From positions 7,998,001 through 8,062,000 of the forward strand of contig NC_092673.1 in the NCBI RefSeq assembly GCF_964355755.1: a DNA stretch of 64,000 nucleotides, in the 5' to 3' direction. This stretch comes from Antedon mediterranea (Eukaryota; Animalia; Echinodermata). Both the position numbers and the translations under genes were made by a program. The notes under the pieces are model-generated. The model was not told where the DNA came from, searched no databases, and worked only from the letters and a program-made list of their open reading frames with translations. Positions 50,101 to 61,606 of this stretch are shown in pieces; positions within the stretch are counted from its first letter, which is position 1, and every line of letters starts with the position of its first letter.

Positions 50101-53100
50101 CCAAATCACATGATGTTCTCAGTTGATTGAATTCTGCATAACATTCACATTGATGAATAATTTTTAGTTTTCAATATAAACAGAAAATATGCAAATAACA
50201 TGTGGTTGATTGTTTTTAAGGGTTTCATATTTCATACAGCTTATATATATTAAAAAGATAATTGACATGTTCATAATTTTACTATAAGCTGATTCTTCAT
50301 ATTTCTGTTTATATTTCTAGACAAATAATTTATTTGAAGAGAAGGAGACAATGATTAAACAGTTACAAGAAAAAGTAGAGGTATTAGAACAAAGGCTACA
50401 AGATAATAATCTATCTGAAGATGAGCAGTATACTGCAGTAGTTAAGGAAGTAAGTGGTTGTGTGCACTATAAACAACTGGTTGATCATGTTGACCATGAT
50501 GATATACAGTCAACTCTCCCAATATCCCCTAAAACAAACATTTTTATTCAGATTTAAAGGTTGAATTACACCACATATGTAGTTCTAAAAAGAATTGTTG
50601 AGTTTCCTAACGTTTTGATTAATAATATGCTTCTCTAACGTTTGAGGCATCAAATGATCATCATTATCATTATCAAAGCATATTAAATTGGGGAGGATTC
50701 TAATTGGAAACCAAAGCTACTAAAGACCACTAAAACCTGGGTCCCAAAAGTGGTCTTTAATTGGAGGGAAACCTGTAATTTCATTGTTATGTAATTTGAG
50801 TACAGTATGATTGAACAATTTATTTTTGGCCAACTTCCGTACCCATGATCCATGAAACTATACTCTGTCTGAATGTATTTAAATTAAATTTTGAAAACCA
50901 TACTTTTTGCAAAAAATTAGGCATTTTTGGGCTAGCCCAACATTCTTGGCTATTGAGAGAGTTGTATTTAGTATATAGATAACCTGTCTTGATCAATTAA
51001 ATTGTAATACATGTGACACTGTTGCAACTATGCCCGAAACCGACCCTACACTTACAAATAATGACCATTATTAATGATATCTTAAATTCTGTTCTAAGTT
51101 TTGAATTCTTTCCATTTTGTTATGTATCTTGGTTTGCTTTTTGTAATGTCCTCTCCATTTCTGGAGACTTGTTGTTGGATAAATTGAAATTGAATTGAAA
51201 TTTGTACATTTAAATACCATTATCTCAGTCATTGTAAATTACTTTATTGGCTTTAATATTTCCAAGAAACAGACAATTGTTTTTCAGTGACAACAATTTA
51301 TTAAAATCATAATAGATTGAAATATGTAAATGTTTGTTGAGTGGTGGTTGTACACTTTCCCATTCAGTTTCTGTTTTTCTTTTACTTTCTTTTTATTTTG
51401 ATATTTTTGCTTGATTTCATTTAAATTTAAATATTTAAAATTATTTTGTAGAGAGATTCTCTTGAAGAGAAACTTGAAGAAACACGAAAAAGTCTTATGG
51501 AGAGCAAAAATGCTGCAAATGAAAAGATTTGTCTTCTAGAAAACCAAGTAAGTCTTGATAAGTTTTACTGGGCAAGCGAGAAACTTACCATAGTTATTGG
51601 CCTGTTCACACATGTAAAATAATTCGGTAATAGTACTTCATACAAATGTGGCACATTTGAAAATATGTTACAATAATAATTGTTTGCAATTGTTTTATGC
51701 AGATTTCCAATTTAAATATAAAGATGGGAGAAGATACAGAAGAGCTTCGAGATAAATGTAAAGACCTTGAGCAAGTAAAGATAAACTTCACAACGCAAAT
51801 TAGTAATTTACAAGCTAGATTAGATGCCTCTGAAGAAAATGCTACCAAACTACACAAGACAATTGCATTGAAAGATACTGAAATAACATCACAGGTATTG
51901 TGTTTTATTTTGTTTTTCAAAATTTAAGCATAACTATTTTTATTACAAAGAAATATCACAATATTTATTTTTCAATGATATTTGTTACTGTATTATAATA
52001 GTAGTAATAACTTCATTAAATATGATGGAAAGATTTTTCAAATTGGTTAGTTAGAAAAGTTTTGTTCTTTGAGTTAAACCTGATACCGTAATAGTATACA
52101 AACATTCTTTTCTTTGAGAGTGTTTTTTTTAAATGTGCTGAGATGCCTGAAATAGTATTGTACTATTCGCTGATTGCCTTCAAATGGTATAGCCCTACTA
52201 TTCAGGCACTGAGGCATGTAGATTTAACCCCACACCAAGTTGTGACATCATTTATTGGCAAAGAGTAAATACTTAAATACAGTATCTCCATTTGTATGAT
52301 GATATTGAAAACATTACATTTTTTTTGGTAGAAATCTAAGTTGGACTCACAGGTGCTATCATCTCAAAATCATGTAAGTGAGTTAAAGAAACAGTCATTA
52401 GAATCTATGAAGATGTTGCAGGAGAAAGCTGCAAGCCTGGAGGCTCAAGTGTCTGCCTTGGAAACTGCCAGGGACCTAGATAAAAATGCATCTAGCCATA
52501 GAATTGTAAGTGTTCATTCTTAACAACTTTTATCTTTTATTACATTTACAATAACAGAGAGTCTTGTGCAAATTTACGCTTATGGTTTGTCAAACATTTT
52601 CTTTCTGTTTGAAGTCACAAATCGTCTTTTATGTATAGACCTAGAAAGTTGATGAAGGCTAAATTGTGATGTCACCATTTGCTGATTTAGGCCTACATTT
52701 TATGCTTTGTATAGATTTACATTAAAAAAAACTCTACAGGATAATAAAATAACAGAATAAATATGTATGAGTTGCTTTTATACTTGTAGTCCATGTTAGA
52801 AAGTCTACAAGATGAATTTTTAGAAAAAGAAATTGAACATGAAAAGAAAATATCTGAAATGGAAGACAAACATGAAAACTTGAGGGTTAGTATTTTTCAT
52901 TAATTCTTTAATTTTTAATATCACTATTATTAATTATTAAAAAGATTTTATTTTAATGATATTGAAATGGTATATTGTTGAAATTGGTTGATGTTATATA
53001 TGATTTAACACCTCATGAGCATTCATTTATTTGACTGATGTCCTGGCATCAATTAAAGAATTGAGCAAATTATTACATTCAGATATAAAATAATAATTTA

Positions 53101-56100
53101 GTTATTTGTCAAATTAAACTTCAGTTTTATTGTATATTATATATATAGTGACTTTATGCCATGCTTGCAGTTATTACAAAATATTTGAAATAAATGATTT
53201 TAGTGCCTTATAATTCAACATAGTTTTTACTGCAAATTGCGTGTCTATAAATAGTAATTGACTTTCAGTACTGAAATAGCATTTTTTCAGTGCTATACAA
53301 ATTGGAAAATTTGAATAGTTTTTGTTGATTTTATTGGTTGTGTATATGTTTGGTTCTTAGGTCAAAATTAAAGAGAAAGATAAAGAATGTACTGAAATAG
53401 TGTCAGAGTTAGAAGCTGTCCGTCAGCTTGTGGTAACACTCCAGAAAAAAGTAAGTAACTGCTATCAATGTCTATTTTTAGTGGATTTTTAATTGCATGT
53501 CAAAGGGCAATACCAGCAGGATATGATGTTGCCGTCCATACTAATTTCATGTGCAATTAGAATATACAATAAGCAATTTAAATAATAAGTGTTCAGTATT
53601 TTTAAAACTTAATTGATCATAGTGCAACTTTATCAAGTCCTGTTTTTTACATTTTACTCTTTTTACTTTACTATTTTTACATTTTAATATTGTAATGTTT
53701 TGTGTGTATACGAATTAGAATTACTTATGTATTTTACAATAAATTTGAACTTGAACTTACTCTAAGCAAAACCATTGTCCTGACTGTCATGTCATGGAGA
53801 CTCTTTAAAAAAGCCAGTAATTGTGTAATCTTTTATTTGTTGGCAATCCCCTGCACAAATGAAAAAATTTAATATGGATGATTTTATCTTAGGCATTTTC
53901 TTCAACAAGATGAGTAGCTTTGTATAAAATGTCTTTTAGATTTGTAAAGAGACTAGTTTTTCTGTAAATGTTAGTAGTTTATTAATGTTATTAATTTATG
54001 TTTTTTAAATGCTTTTCCAAATAGATTAAAATCAAATCAACTATCCAGGGCATTTTTGTTCCAGTATTTTTACAAAATTATGAATAACATTAAATTCTGT
54101 TTTTTAAACAAAGATAAAGCAGAATGAAGAAAGCTTAAGTGAAAAGGAAAAAGAAATAAAGCAATTACAGACTGACATTAAAGAAAAAGAAAAAAGGATA
54201 CAATTACAAGAAAAAGGTAAAATGAAATCATAAACTCACATCTTGGAAAATGTGATCTCAAAACCAAACTTTCTACAGTAGAAGCATTTTTCATCAAGAA
54301 AAACACATTGAGAGAAGACTTTGTGAAATACCATATTACATTCAGGGCCATGTTTCTACGCAAAAAAGCAAAAAATAATTAGATAGTTTGTGAATAAATT
54401 ACTTTTATTTTCAATGTAAAAAATTTCTTATTTGCTGCAAAATTGAAGCATTTCAACACATAATTATATTATGTATTGCAGTCATTTTCTGATTATCATT
54501 GTATACACACAACACAAATATCAATTATTGTCTTGATTTGAACCTCATGTTGGCGAATTATAATAATTATATTTCAACGATTTCAATTTCTATAAAAACA
54601 GTTTCCTTTGGAGAAAAATCAGCAGAAATAGTTTATTAGATTTTGTTTTGTTTTTAAGTAGATGCAACCCTAAATGTTTATTATTTAAGTCAGGTGGCTT
54701 AACTCCAAAAAATGAGGAAAACGTTATATGGTGGACAAAAGCGCCAAATTTGGCATGGAGCTTCGTTGGGACCTACCAATTGATTTTTGCCTAGGAGCCA
54801 CTCAGGTTGTAAATTATTTTTCAAGATAGCGGCCAAAATCCAAAATGGCCGCCAATAAATTGGAAAATCACATTTCATTTGTTGCAGAAGTCACATAGAC
54901 AAATGAACTATCAAAACATAAGTATTCATGGTCATTGAAACATATTTTAGACATGTTGCATGACATGGGTCATTCGTTGTTAAGATGGTGGCCAAAATCC
55001 AACATGGCTGACAGTAGCCTAAACTGGATCATCATATCAATCGCATATAGGTATCAAACGAAGTAGGAAAACATGGAGTAGGCCTAATCATGGTCAATGA
55101 AACATATTTTAGACATGGTACATAATATAGGTCACTCGTTGCAAAGATGGTGGGAAAAATCCAAAATGGCTGCCAGTAAACTAGGAAATCACATACAGTA
55201 TCTGTGGACGGCAGAAGTAATATGTAAATGAAGTAGCTGTAGTAAATGGAGGAGGTGGTATGTAAATTACAAGTAACTGTACAAAAAATCTATAAAAAAA
55301 AGTTATAACCAGTTCAGTTTCTGAAACCACATAAAATGTGGTATTTTTGGGAAAATAAAGATTGAGGGCGCTGTTCACATAAGTAAAAGTACACTTTTTT
55401 ACCTGTAACTAACTAAGTTTTTGTCAGAATATTTTATTAAGATAATGAGTGACTTTATGTGATAATGGTTACAAACTGTTTTTTTTTTGTAGAGAAACAT
55501 TCATTAGAAAACAGTAATAAGGAACTTTGTCAGAAGATTGAGCTACAAAGTAAACAAATGAGGGCAGCAGACAATGAATCACAGAAAATATTACAAGAAA
55601 AAATTGATGAAGTTAAAACATTAAAACAAGAAATTGTGACAAAAGAGGATGAAATTAAACAAATTAATGATAAGGTTTGTTAATAATGGAATACTAAGTT
55701 TTTAAGGTAGGAAAATTAAGAATTGGATAGTTATACAAATATCCAAGAAAGAAAATACTCCCTAGTATTAATACCAATCTTTATTTAAAGCGCCACTTTA
55801 TTTCACAGCCTTCTTTCATAGTTTTAATTTTGCTTGTCAAAAAGAAAATTCATCATCATCAATTGATGTTTTAGTAACAAAGTTACTCTTCTTTGCCTGT
55901 TTCTGTGAATGAATTTCTCCTGGCCTTTAAGGCTAAATATTTTCTGTTTATTTTAAATAATTTTTTCTAAATATGTTTTTTTTTCAATTTTGTAGGTACT
56001 GCATAAACACATTGTTGTCTGCTGCATAAGCTTTCTATGACGTTTCTATACTCATTCAGTGTGCTGTAGGAATAAACTCACAACTACCTTTTTGTTTAAT

Positions 56101-58200
56101 TCTGTTTCTAAATACAGGTGACAGATCTTGAGAAAATCATTGAAACTTCAGCTCCTGAACTATCACCAGATGAGATCCAGAATTTAAAAGATGATGCTGG
56201 AGAGAAGGAGAAGACAATTCAGGGTCTAGAAGAGCAATTGGTTGAGAAGAATAAAGCAATCAAAATGCAGCAACAGAGGCTAGCAGACCTCAAGAAAACA
56301 CTACAAAGGGAACTGGTAAGTTAAAATGGTAAATATACCCGAATACTCTTTTGTGGTATTATTTAAATAAGATTATAAACATTTCTGGAATTATGAAAAT
56401 ATATCATGAATGAAAAACATTAATCTTGATCTGCATCAATACAATACTTATTTCCTTTATTCCTATGGATAAGATTCTAGAAAATATTATAAATAATTGT
56501 AATGGAATTTTCACATGTGGACATATATGCTTGCTCAAAAACGTATAGAGTAGTGAACACAAGTGAGACACGTGATGTCTAAAAACTACTAGCATTTAAG
56601 AAGAAAGAGATATATTGTAAAGAGACAATTTTTTTTTTATAGAAAATGCAATCTGGTAGTGGTGGAGGTTATAACTCATCAGATGAGGATCCTCGTCATG
56701 CCCGTGATAACAATCATCTTGCCCCGAACAATTTACCTCGTGTGTCAACGTCACCAGCTGCTATAAGTAGCATCGGTAATGCCAAGAATGACCTACGCGA
56801 GATCAACTTCCAGTATCTAAAACATGTTGTGTACAAATTTATATGTAGTACTGAAATGGAGGTAATAATTATAGCCATTATGGAATATGTGTGATCCTCC
56901 TACTGACAGGATGTATCACTTAATGTGATTGTTGAAAATCCAACTTCTATCATTTTCTTTCTCTCTCCTATGATTTTTTGTTGTTGCTGTAATATCTTAA
57001 AGTATGCTATTAACATGAAACATAGAAATTGTACACTTTCAGTGTGATTTACTTTTGTGACATCATTTACTGTACATCAGTTAAAAAAAAAACATGTTTG
57101 TGCATGTAATATCTTAACACACTGTAGTAACCAGAAACGTGAAAACTTCTACAAACTTTCACCTTGGTCTCAAATAGAAAAGATGCTTTTATTTTGCTTG
57201 AAATATTATTAAATATCAAACTCTCTTGTTGTAAAGTTACAATTAGCTTTTTTGAGTATGTATTAACTATGTTCATTTAAAGACTACTGCCTAATTATTT
57301 AGTTATATTATGTATTATAATTATGTTTATTTATATAATTTTGTAAACTTCTATTGTTGTACTTTTCAGGCTCTGCAGTTATTAAAGGCAGTAGCAACCG
57401 TTTTAGAATTAACACCTACAGAAGTTCAAGGAATCAAGCAGGTGATAGAATGGAAGGTAATTCATAATTTATTTATATGTACAGTATACTTCAAGTAACG
57501 TAAATCATTGCAAAATGTTCCACAATATTGGTGGGTTTTTCCCAGGCCTAAATAACACACCTGAAAGTGCCTAGCAGTGTGATCATGCTTTTATACCAAC
57601 AATTTATTTTTTTCGAACAGCAAAATGTAGAAATAACCTGTAAATACTGGCCTGAATTATTGCTTACAGGTCAAACTGAAAAAACCTTCTCCCACTCTTC
57701 CAAAGATGCACTGTGTTCTTCAAAATGTAAATTATGTATAACCTCCAAAACTATGGATGACGAGAGCCTTAAGCTCTGTCTACACTATCAAACTAGTTTG
57801 ACAACGAATGTGTGATGCACTCAATATGGTAGTAATACAGTATGACATCATCCTATCCATAAATGGGCACACCATATTTTTCACATAAAGATTGATAATG
57901 TAGACAGAGCTTTAAACATGTGCCAATTTCAGGGCGTAAGGTTTTTGCAGTGTTCTTTATTTATATGCTTAATAAAAATGACATGCCCATACTCAAAATT
58001 ATTATTATTATTCAAAATGATTACATTTTTAAACATACACATTGTATAATTATGTATTATTTGTATTTATTGTCTTATTCTGCCATTCCTGTGTATGATT
58101 TGATGTTTATTATCAATCATTTAAATTGTTTTTGTTTTTATAGCAATCCTGGTTTGGTTCCAAGCCATCCCAGAAGAAAGGTTTCATTTCTCACAGGTGA
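35098..58200 (+). CDS. GOLGA1: Golgin-97 / golgin subfamily A member 1 (coiled-coil, C-terminal GRIP domain), ~863 aa
   Basis: Starts MFAKLKKKIA; GRIP REINFQYLKHVVYKF..EALQLLKAVATVL; ends WKQSWFGSKP. Exons 35098-35298, 38553-38715, 42974-43101, 43784-43903, 45443-45591, 46306-46417, 47013-47108, 50321-50449, 51452-51547, 51703-51894, 52332-52505, 52790-52885, 53361-53450, 54114-54216, 55493-55674, 56118-56315, 56643-56861, 57370-57456, 58144-58200; GT-AG and phase-consistent. Small additional exons could have been missed. Confidence 0.92.
35373..36509. mobile_element. Old Tc1/mariner-like MITE, probably with nested material
   Basis: TA|CAGTCAACTCT ... GAGGTCACACTG|TA imperfect termini. Confidence 0.4.
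37318..37356 (-). ncRNA. Minimal type I hammerhead ribozyme in a Penelope pLTR-like fragment (~37230-37360)
   Basis: Minus strand GCA CTGATGA AGGGC-TAGTGTT-GCCC GAA AGCT C TGC: core boxes CUGAUGA and GAAA, stem II, palindromic AGCT stem III, short stem I. Confidence 0.75.
37489..37560 (-). tRNA. Repeat-embedded tRNA-like cloverleaf, apparent anticodon ATC (Asp-like); probably a pseudo-tRNA
   Basis: Acceptor GCCCCAG/TTGGGGC, D arm GTCT/GGAC, anticodon arm TCTGC-ATATCAA-GCAGG, T arm CCGAG-TTTGAGT-CTCGG, followed by TTTTT. Confidence 0.6.
38790..41592. repeat. 25-bp satellite (GAGAATAACCAAAA[G/T]CAGCAGGATT)n, ~112 copies, in a GOLGA1 intron
   Basis: Direct tandem array with two main variant positions. 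Confidence 0.98.
42102..42878. mobile_element. PIF/Harbinger-type MITE
   Basis: TTA|GGGCGCGTTTATACAACAC ... GTGTTGTATAAACACGACC|TTA. Confidence 0.75.
44038..44635 (-). mobile_element. HINE family B (non-autonomous Helentron-type) with internal (TA)n
   Basis: Minus strand starts TTACCTCCGCCAAGGAGGT + (GTTT)n and ends AGGTATGCACTTTCGGAGTGGCTTTCTAGTT (subterminal inverted repeat, hairpin, CTAG end). Confidence 0.75.
44685..44940 (+). mobile_element. tRNA-derived SINE
   Basis: A-box-like TGGTTTGATGG, B-box GGTTCAAGTCC and an A-rich 3' end. Confidence 0.55.
48570..49618 (+). mobile_element. CAGG-terminus MITE copy 2
   Basis: Same TIRs and interior as 16461-17528; 5-bp TSD TATCA. Confidence 0.85.
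54690..55420. repeat. Degenerate interspersed repeat with CAAAATGGC/AAGATGGYGG subrepeats
   Basis: Three diverged ~160-bp units at ~54820-55190; termini not resolved. Confidence 0.45.
57772..57911. mobile_element. PIF/Harbinger-type MITE, family H2
   Basis: TTA|AGCTCTGTCTACACTATCAA ... TTGATAATGTAGACAGAGCT|TTA; partial copies at ~6080-6207 and ~31965-32090. Confidence 0.8.
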
Positions 58201-60389
58201 TTATCAAAGAATGTTTCCAGTAATGAAACAAATTTACACAGTGGTCAAGCAAAATGATCCAATGATCATCTGAAGTGATAAAATTTAAATGCATTGGTTC
58301 ATGGAAATATAAATGAATAGAAAGTAATGTAGTAGATATGTAAATGTAACACATACATTGTCAATTACAACTTAGGGTCTTATAGTCTTTTCACATCTGC
58401 ATCTTCATTCAGTGCCTTGAGCACTTTGTGGATATAGATAGATATTATTATCTTATCTTAATATAAAATGTAACAACTTGTAACACGTTATACAGTGTTG
58501 AATCTCTAGACTTATTACATGTTTTCACACACGCATACGCGAACCTCGTGAAATCTTGCACTATTTTATTACTATGATTGGTCAGTTAAACCTGGTTTCA
58601 AATTGTAACAAGTTGTTACATGTTGCAGATGTGAAAAGGGTAAGCAAATCAATTGATCTCTATCAAATGTAGAAAATATGATATAAATTCACAGGTATAG
58701 ACAACATTCTAAACTGTTTTGTTATATACGGTTTTGTTATATACGGTATACAGTATTAATCTGTGAAAATGATAGAGCCGCCCCAACCAAGATTCTGTAT
58801 CTAGCCAAATGTTTCTAGTTTGAATCGTGGTTGGAGCGCCTTTTTGTCATTTTCATAGATTTCCTCATCTATAATGTTTCAAAATTACAAAATTTAATAT
58901 ATTATACAATATCTAAATAGAAAAAAAAGATCCAATTGACAAAATATAGCATTGTGTGTGATTAATGGCTAGGCCTAACTTACCACTACTAGTACTAGAC
59001 AAGTGTTTATTTTATTTCATTTCATTTTTAATACCAGTGGGAACCTGGGAAATCTTGCGAAAAAACCTTATAAATTACAAAAATAGTTTTAAAAATACAA
59101 TTTTAAAAGTCCTAATTGGACAGTATATTTTACAGTTAATCACAATTTACTTGTTGGTGACAGCAAATTTGGGTTTTTATATGTGAGAGGTTTTGATCCA
59201 TAAATGATCAAAATGTCGTAATTTCAATCACTGTTTTTGGTTTTAATGTTAAGAGATACCTACTTATAGAGATATAGTGACAGCATATAATTGTATATAC
59301 ATAAATTATTATTATATTATTAATCTATATAAACTCATGTTTGTGTTCATTCCTGTATAATATTAGCTTGCATATAGGCATGCTCACAAACAAAAAACTA
59401 TTTGCTTAAATCTATCCTGGAATGTGAGCAAAGTCAGTGGTCACAAAGTTTTGTGTATAGATGTATATTGAATGGTTTTCACAGAATACCATAACCATAC
59501 TAATTTATTATTGAATTGAAATTATTTTACACTTTACACAGTATGTTTATTCAATTACAGTATAATAAATCAAATTAAGAAATGAAATTATAAATATGTA
59601 TATTTTAGTAACTGTAAATAACAAATGTCACACTAATGCTATTTGCCATTTGGTAATAATATTCAGAAATGGTTTGAGAATTAATACTTTATCAGACTTT
59701 AAGTATACTGTTACTGGTGCAAATTTTCCACTAAGTTTATAGTATGGATTCAGGTTTTCTTTTAAGAATTAAACTGTGCTGTAGGTAGGGTTTTCTTGGT
59801 TTTTGGCAATTAATCTGAGGGAGCTTAATATTACTGCATAGAGGTATTCTAGTATTGTAACTGTAAATTGTTGTAGATGAATGTTATATTAAAATGTATT
59901 ATAATACAATTTTATATTATACAAGAGTAAGCGCTGTATGTTCAGTATCCATTTCTTTGAATTATATATATATTTATTTTTAAAAGAGAAGAAAATGTCT
60001 CCCAATATAGAAAAAACAAAACACTAATTAAAACAGATATACTTTACTAAAATATTATTTAAAAAAATGAATAATTTTAAAATCTAAAATGAAAATTATC
60101 GAAAGTGCTATTAAAGGTTGAATCACATAAATATAGTATCAACTGTAATTGAATCCGAGCATGTAATATAGTATGAAAATGAATGATTTCATTCAACAAA
60201 ATTAGCAGTAAACTTTATTTGAATTTCAACATCTACATAGTTGAGGAAGCTGCGCTTGGGATATTTAAAGGCAACAATACTGACTTTTTTAACACTACCT
60301 AGTTGAAAGTCTCTATTGTTAGCAAGTTTTACCAAGCTTCCTCGCCATTGATTTACAAGTCAAACGTTAAAATGGCACAATTGATAAAC

Positions 60390-60408
60390 CATGTAGAATT
60401 CCTCCATG
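60390..60408. mobile_element. 19-bp imperfect palindromic insertion with 7-bp TSD (putative P-element-type footprint)
   Basis: GATAAAC|CATGTAGAATTCCTCCATG|GATAAAC. Confidence 0.68.
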
Positions 60409-61606
60409 GATAAACTTCCTTGTATTTAAATTCATAGTACCAATTACAATTACCATTGTGTGCAAACAATGAAGTACGACCAAACTAATATTGTATAATG
60501 CTATTCATTGTGCACAAGTAACTGTACAACAAAAATCTTTTTGTATAAGGTATTGTGTGCACAAAAGTGAACTGGCTGTGTATGTAGTTCATCATGCATT
60601 CACTGTGTGTGAGTAAGTACAGTAGTACAGTCGATACAGTAACTAATTCAGTTAGATTATCATTATTGATGTACGGCATATGTATAGATTTTAAGATTTG
60701 CCTTTTATAACTATACGGTATAACACCATCGATAGGAACTCAATCATGAATTGAGAAGTATTTCACGTACAATATCAGGCAGTTCATTACGTGAATGAGG
60801 CATACCCAACTCAATTATGGTAAGTTGGCCATACTTTTCATCACTTGTTTTGGCATTAAACGGAATCAAAGTTGTATGGTTAGATTTTGCATAGATACAA
60901 GGCTGAACAAAAGAATTGTTTTAATGAAAAACGATAGTTGAAGAAACATTATTTATTTACATTATCTTGTTTTTTTATTATAAGACAAATAATACTTGAA
61001 TTTTAACATTTTGTGTTGGTTAAAAAATGTTGTAAACTGTGTATGATTTTCATAGAACCTACCATTTTTTATGCTTAAAATTAAAGCGTTCCAATGGGTT
61101 GTTTTTAACGAAAAGTATGCGTAATAATAGAACAATAGTCAATGAACGAATCATCGCCATTTAAAGTTTTTTCTTTTTATCTTTCTCCGTTTATTATTGC
61201 AGATAAAATTATATTTTATTATAAAATTAATACATACTTTAGAATCTCAGTAATATCTGCAGCACATGTTAATTAAAAAACACAAATTGTCAATCTAAAT
61301 GTAAACTATATAAACTTTATGTACTGCTTGAAATAGATAAAAATTATAATTAAATGGAATGAAATTAGGTGGTTAAACCGAAAGTATGCACAAACTTTCT
61401 ATACCATTGTGTAAGATGTTAGATGTTACACGCGGTTACCGAATTTATTATCTATTTATAATCTATGATCAAGCTTGGTTCCTTTCAATTGTATTTCTAT
61501 TATAGTGCAACAAGTCCAAGCCTAAGTTCCGTATATTTATACTATACATATTTTCCATTTTCAGAAACGAAAATAAGAGAGACTAACAAAACGACTATTA
61601 GACAAC

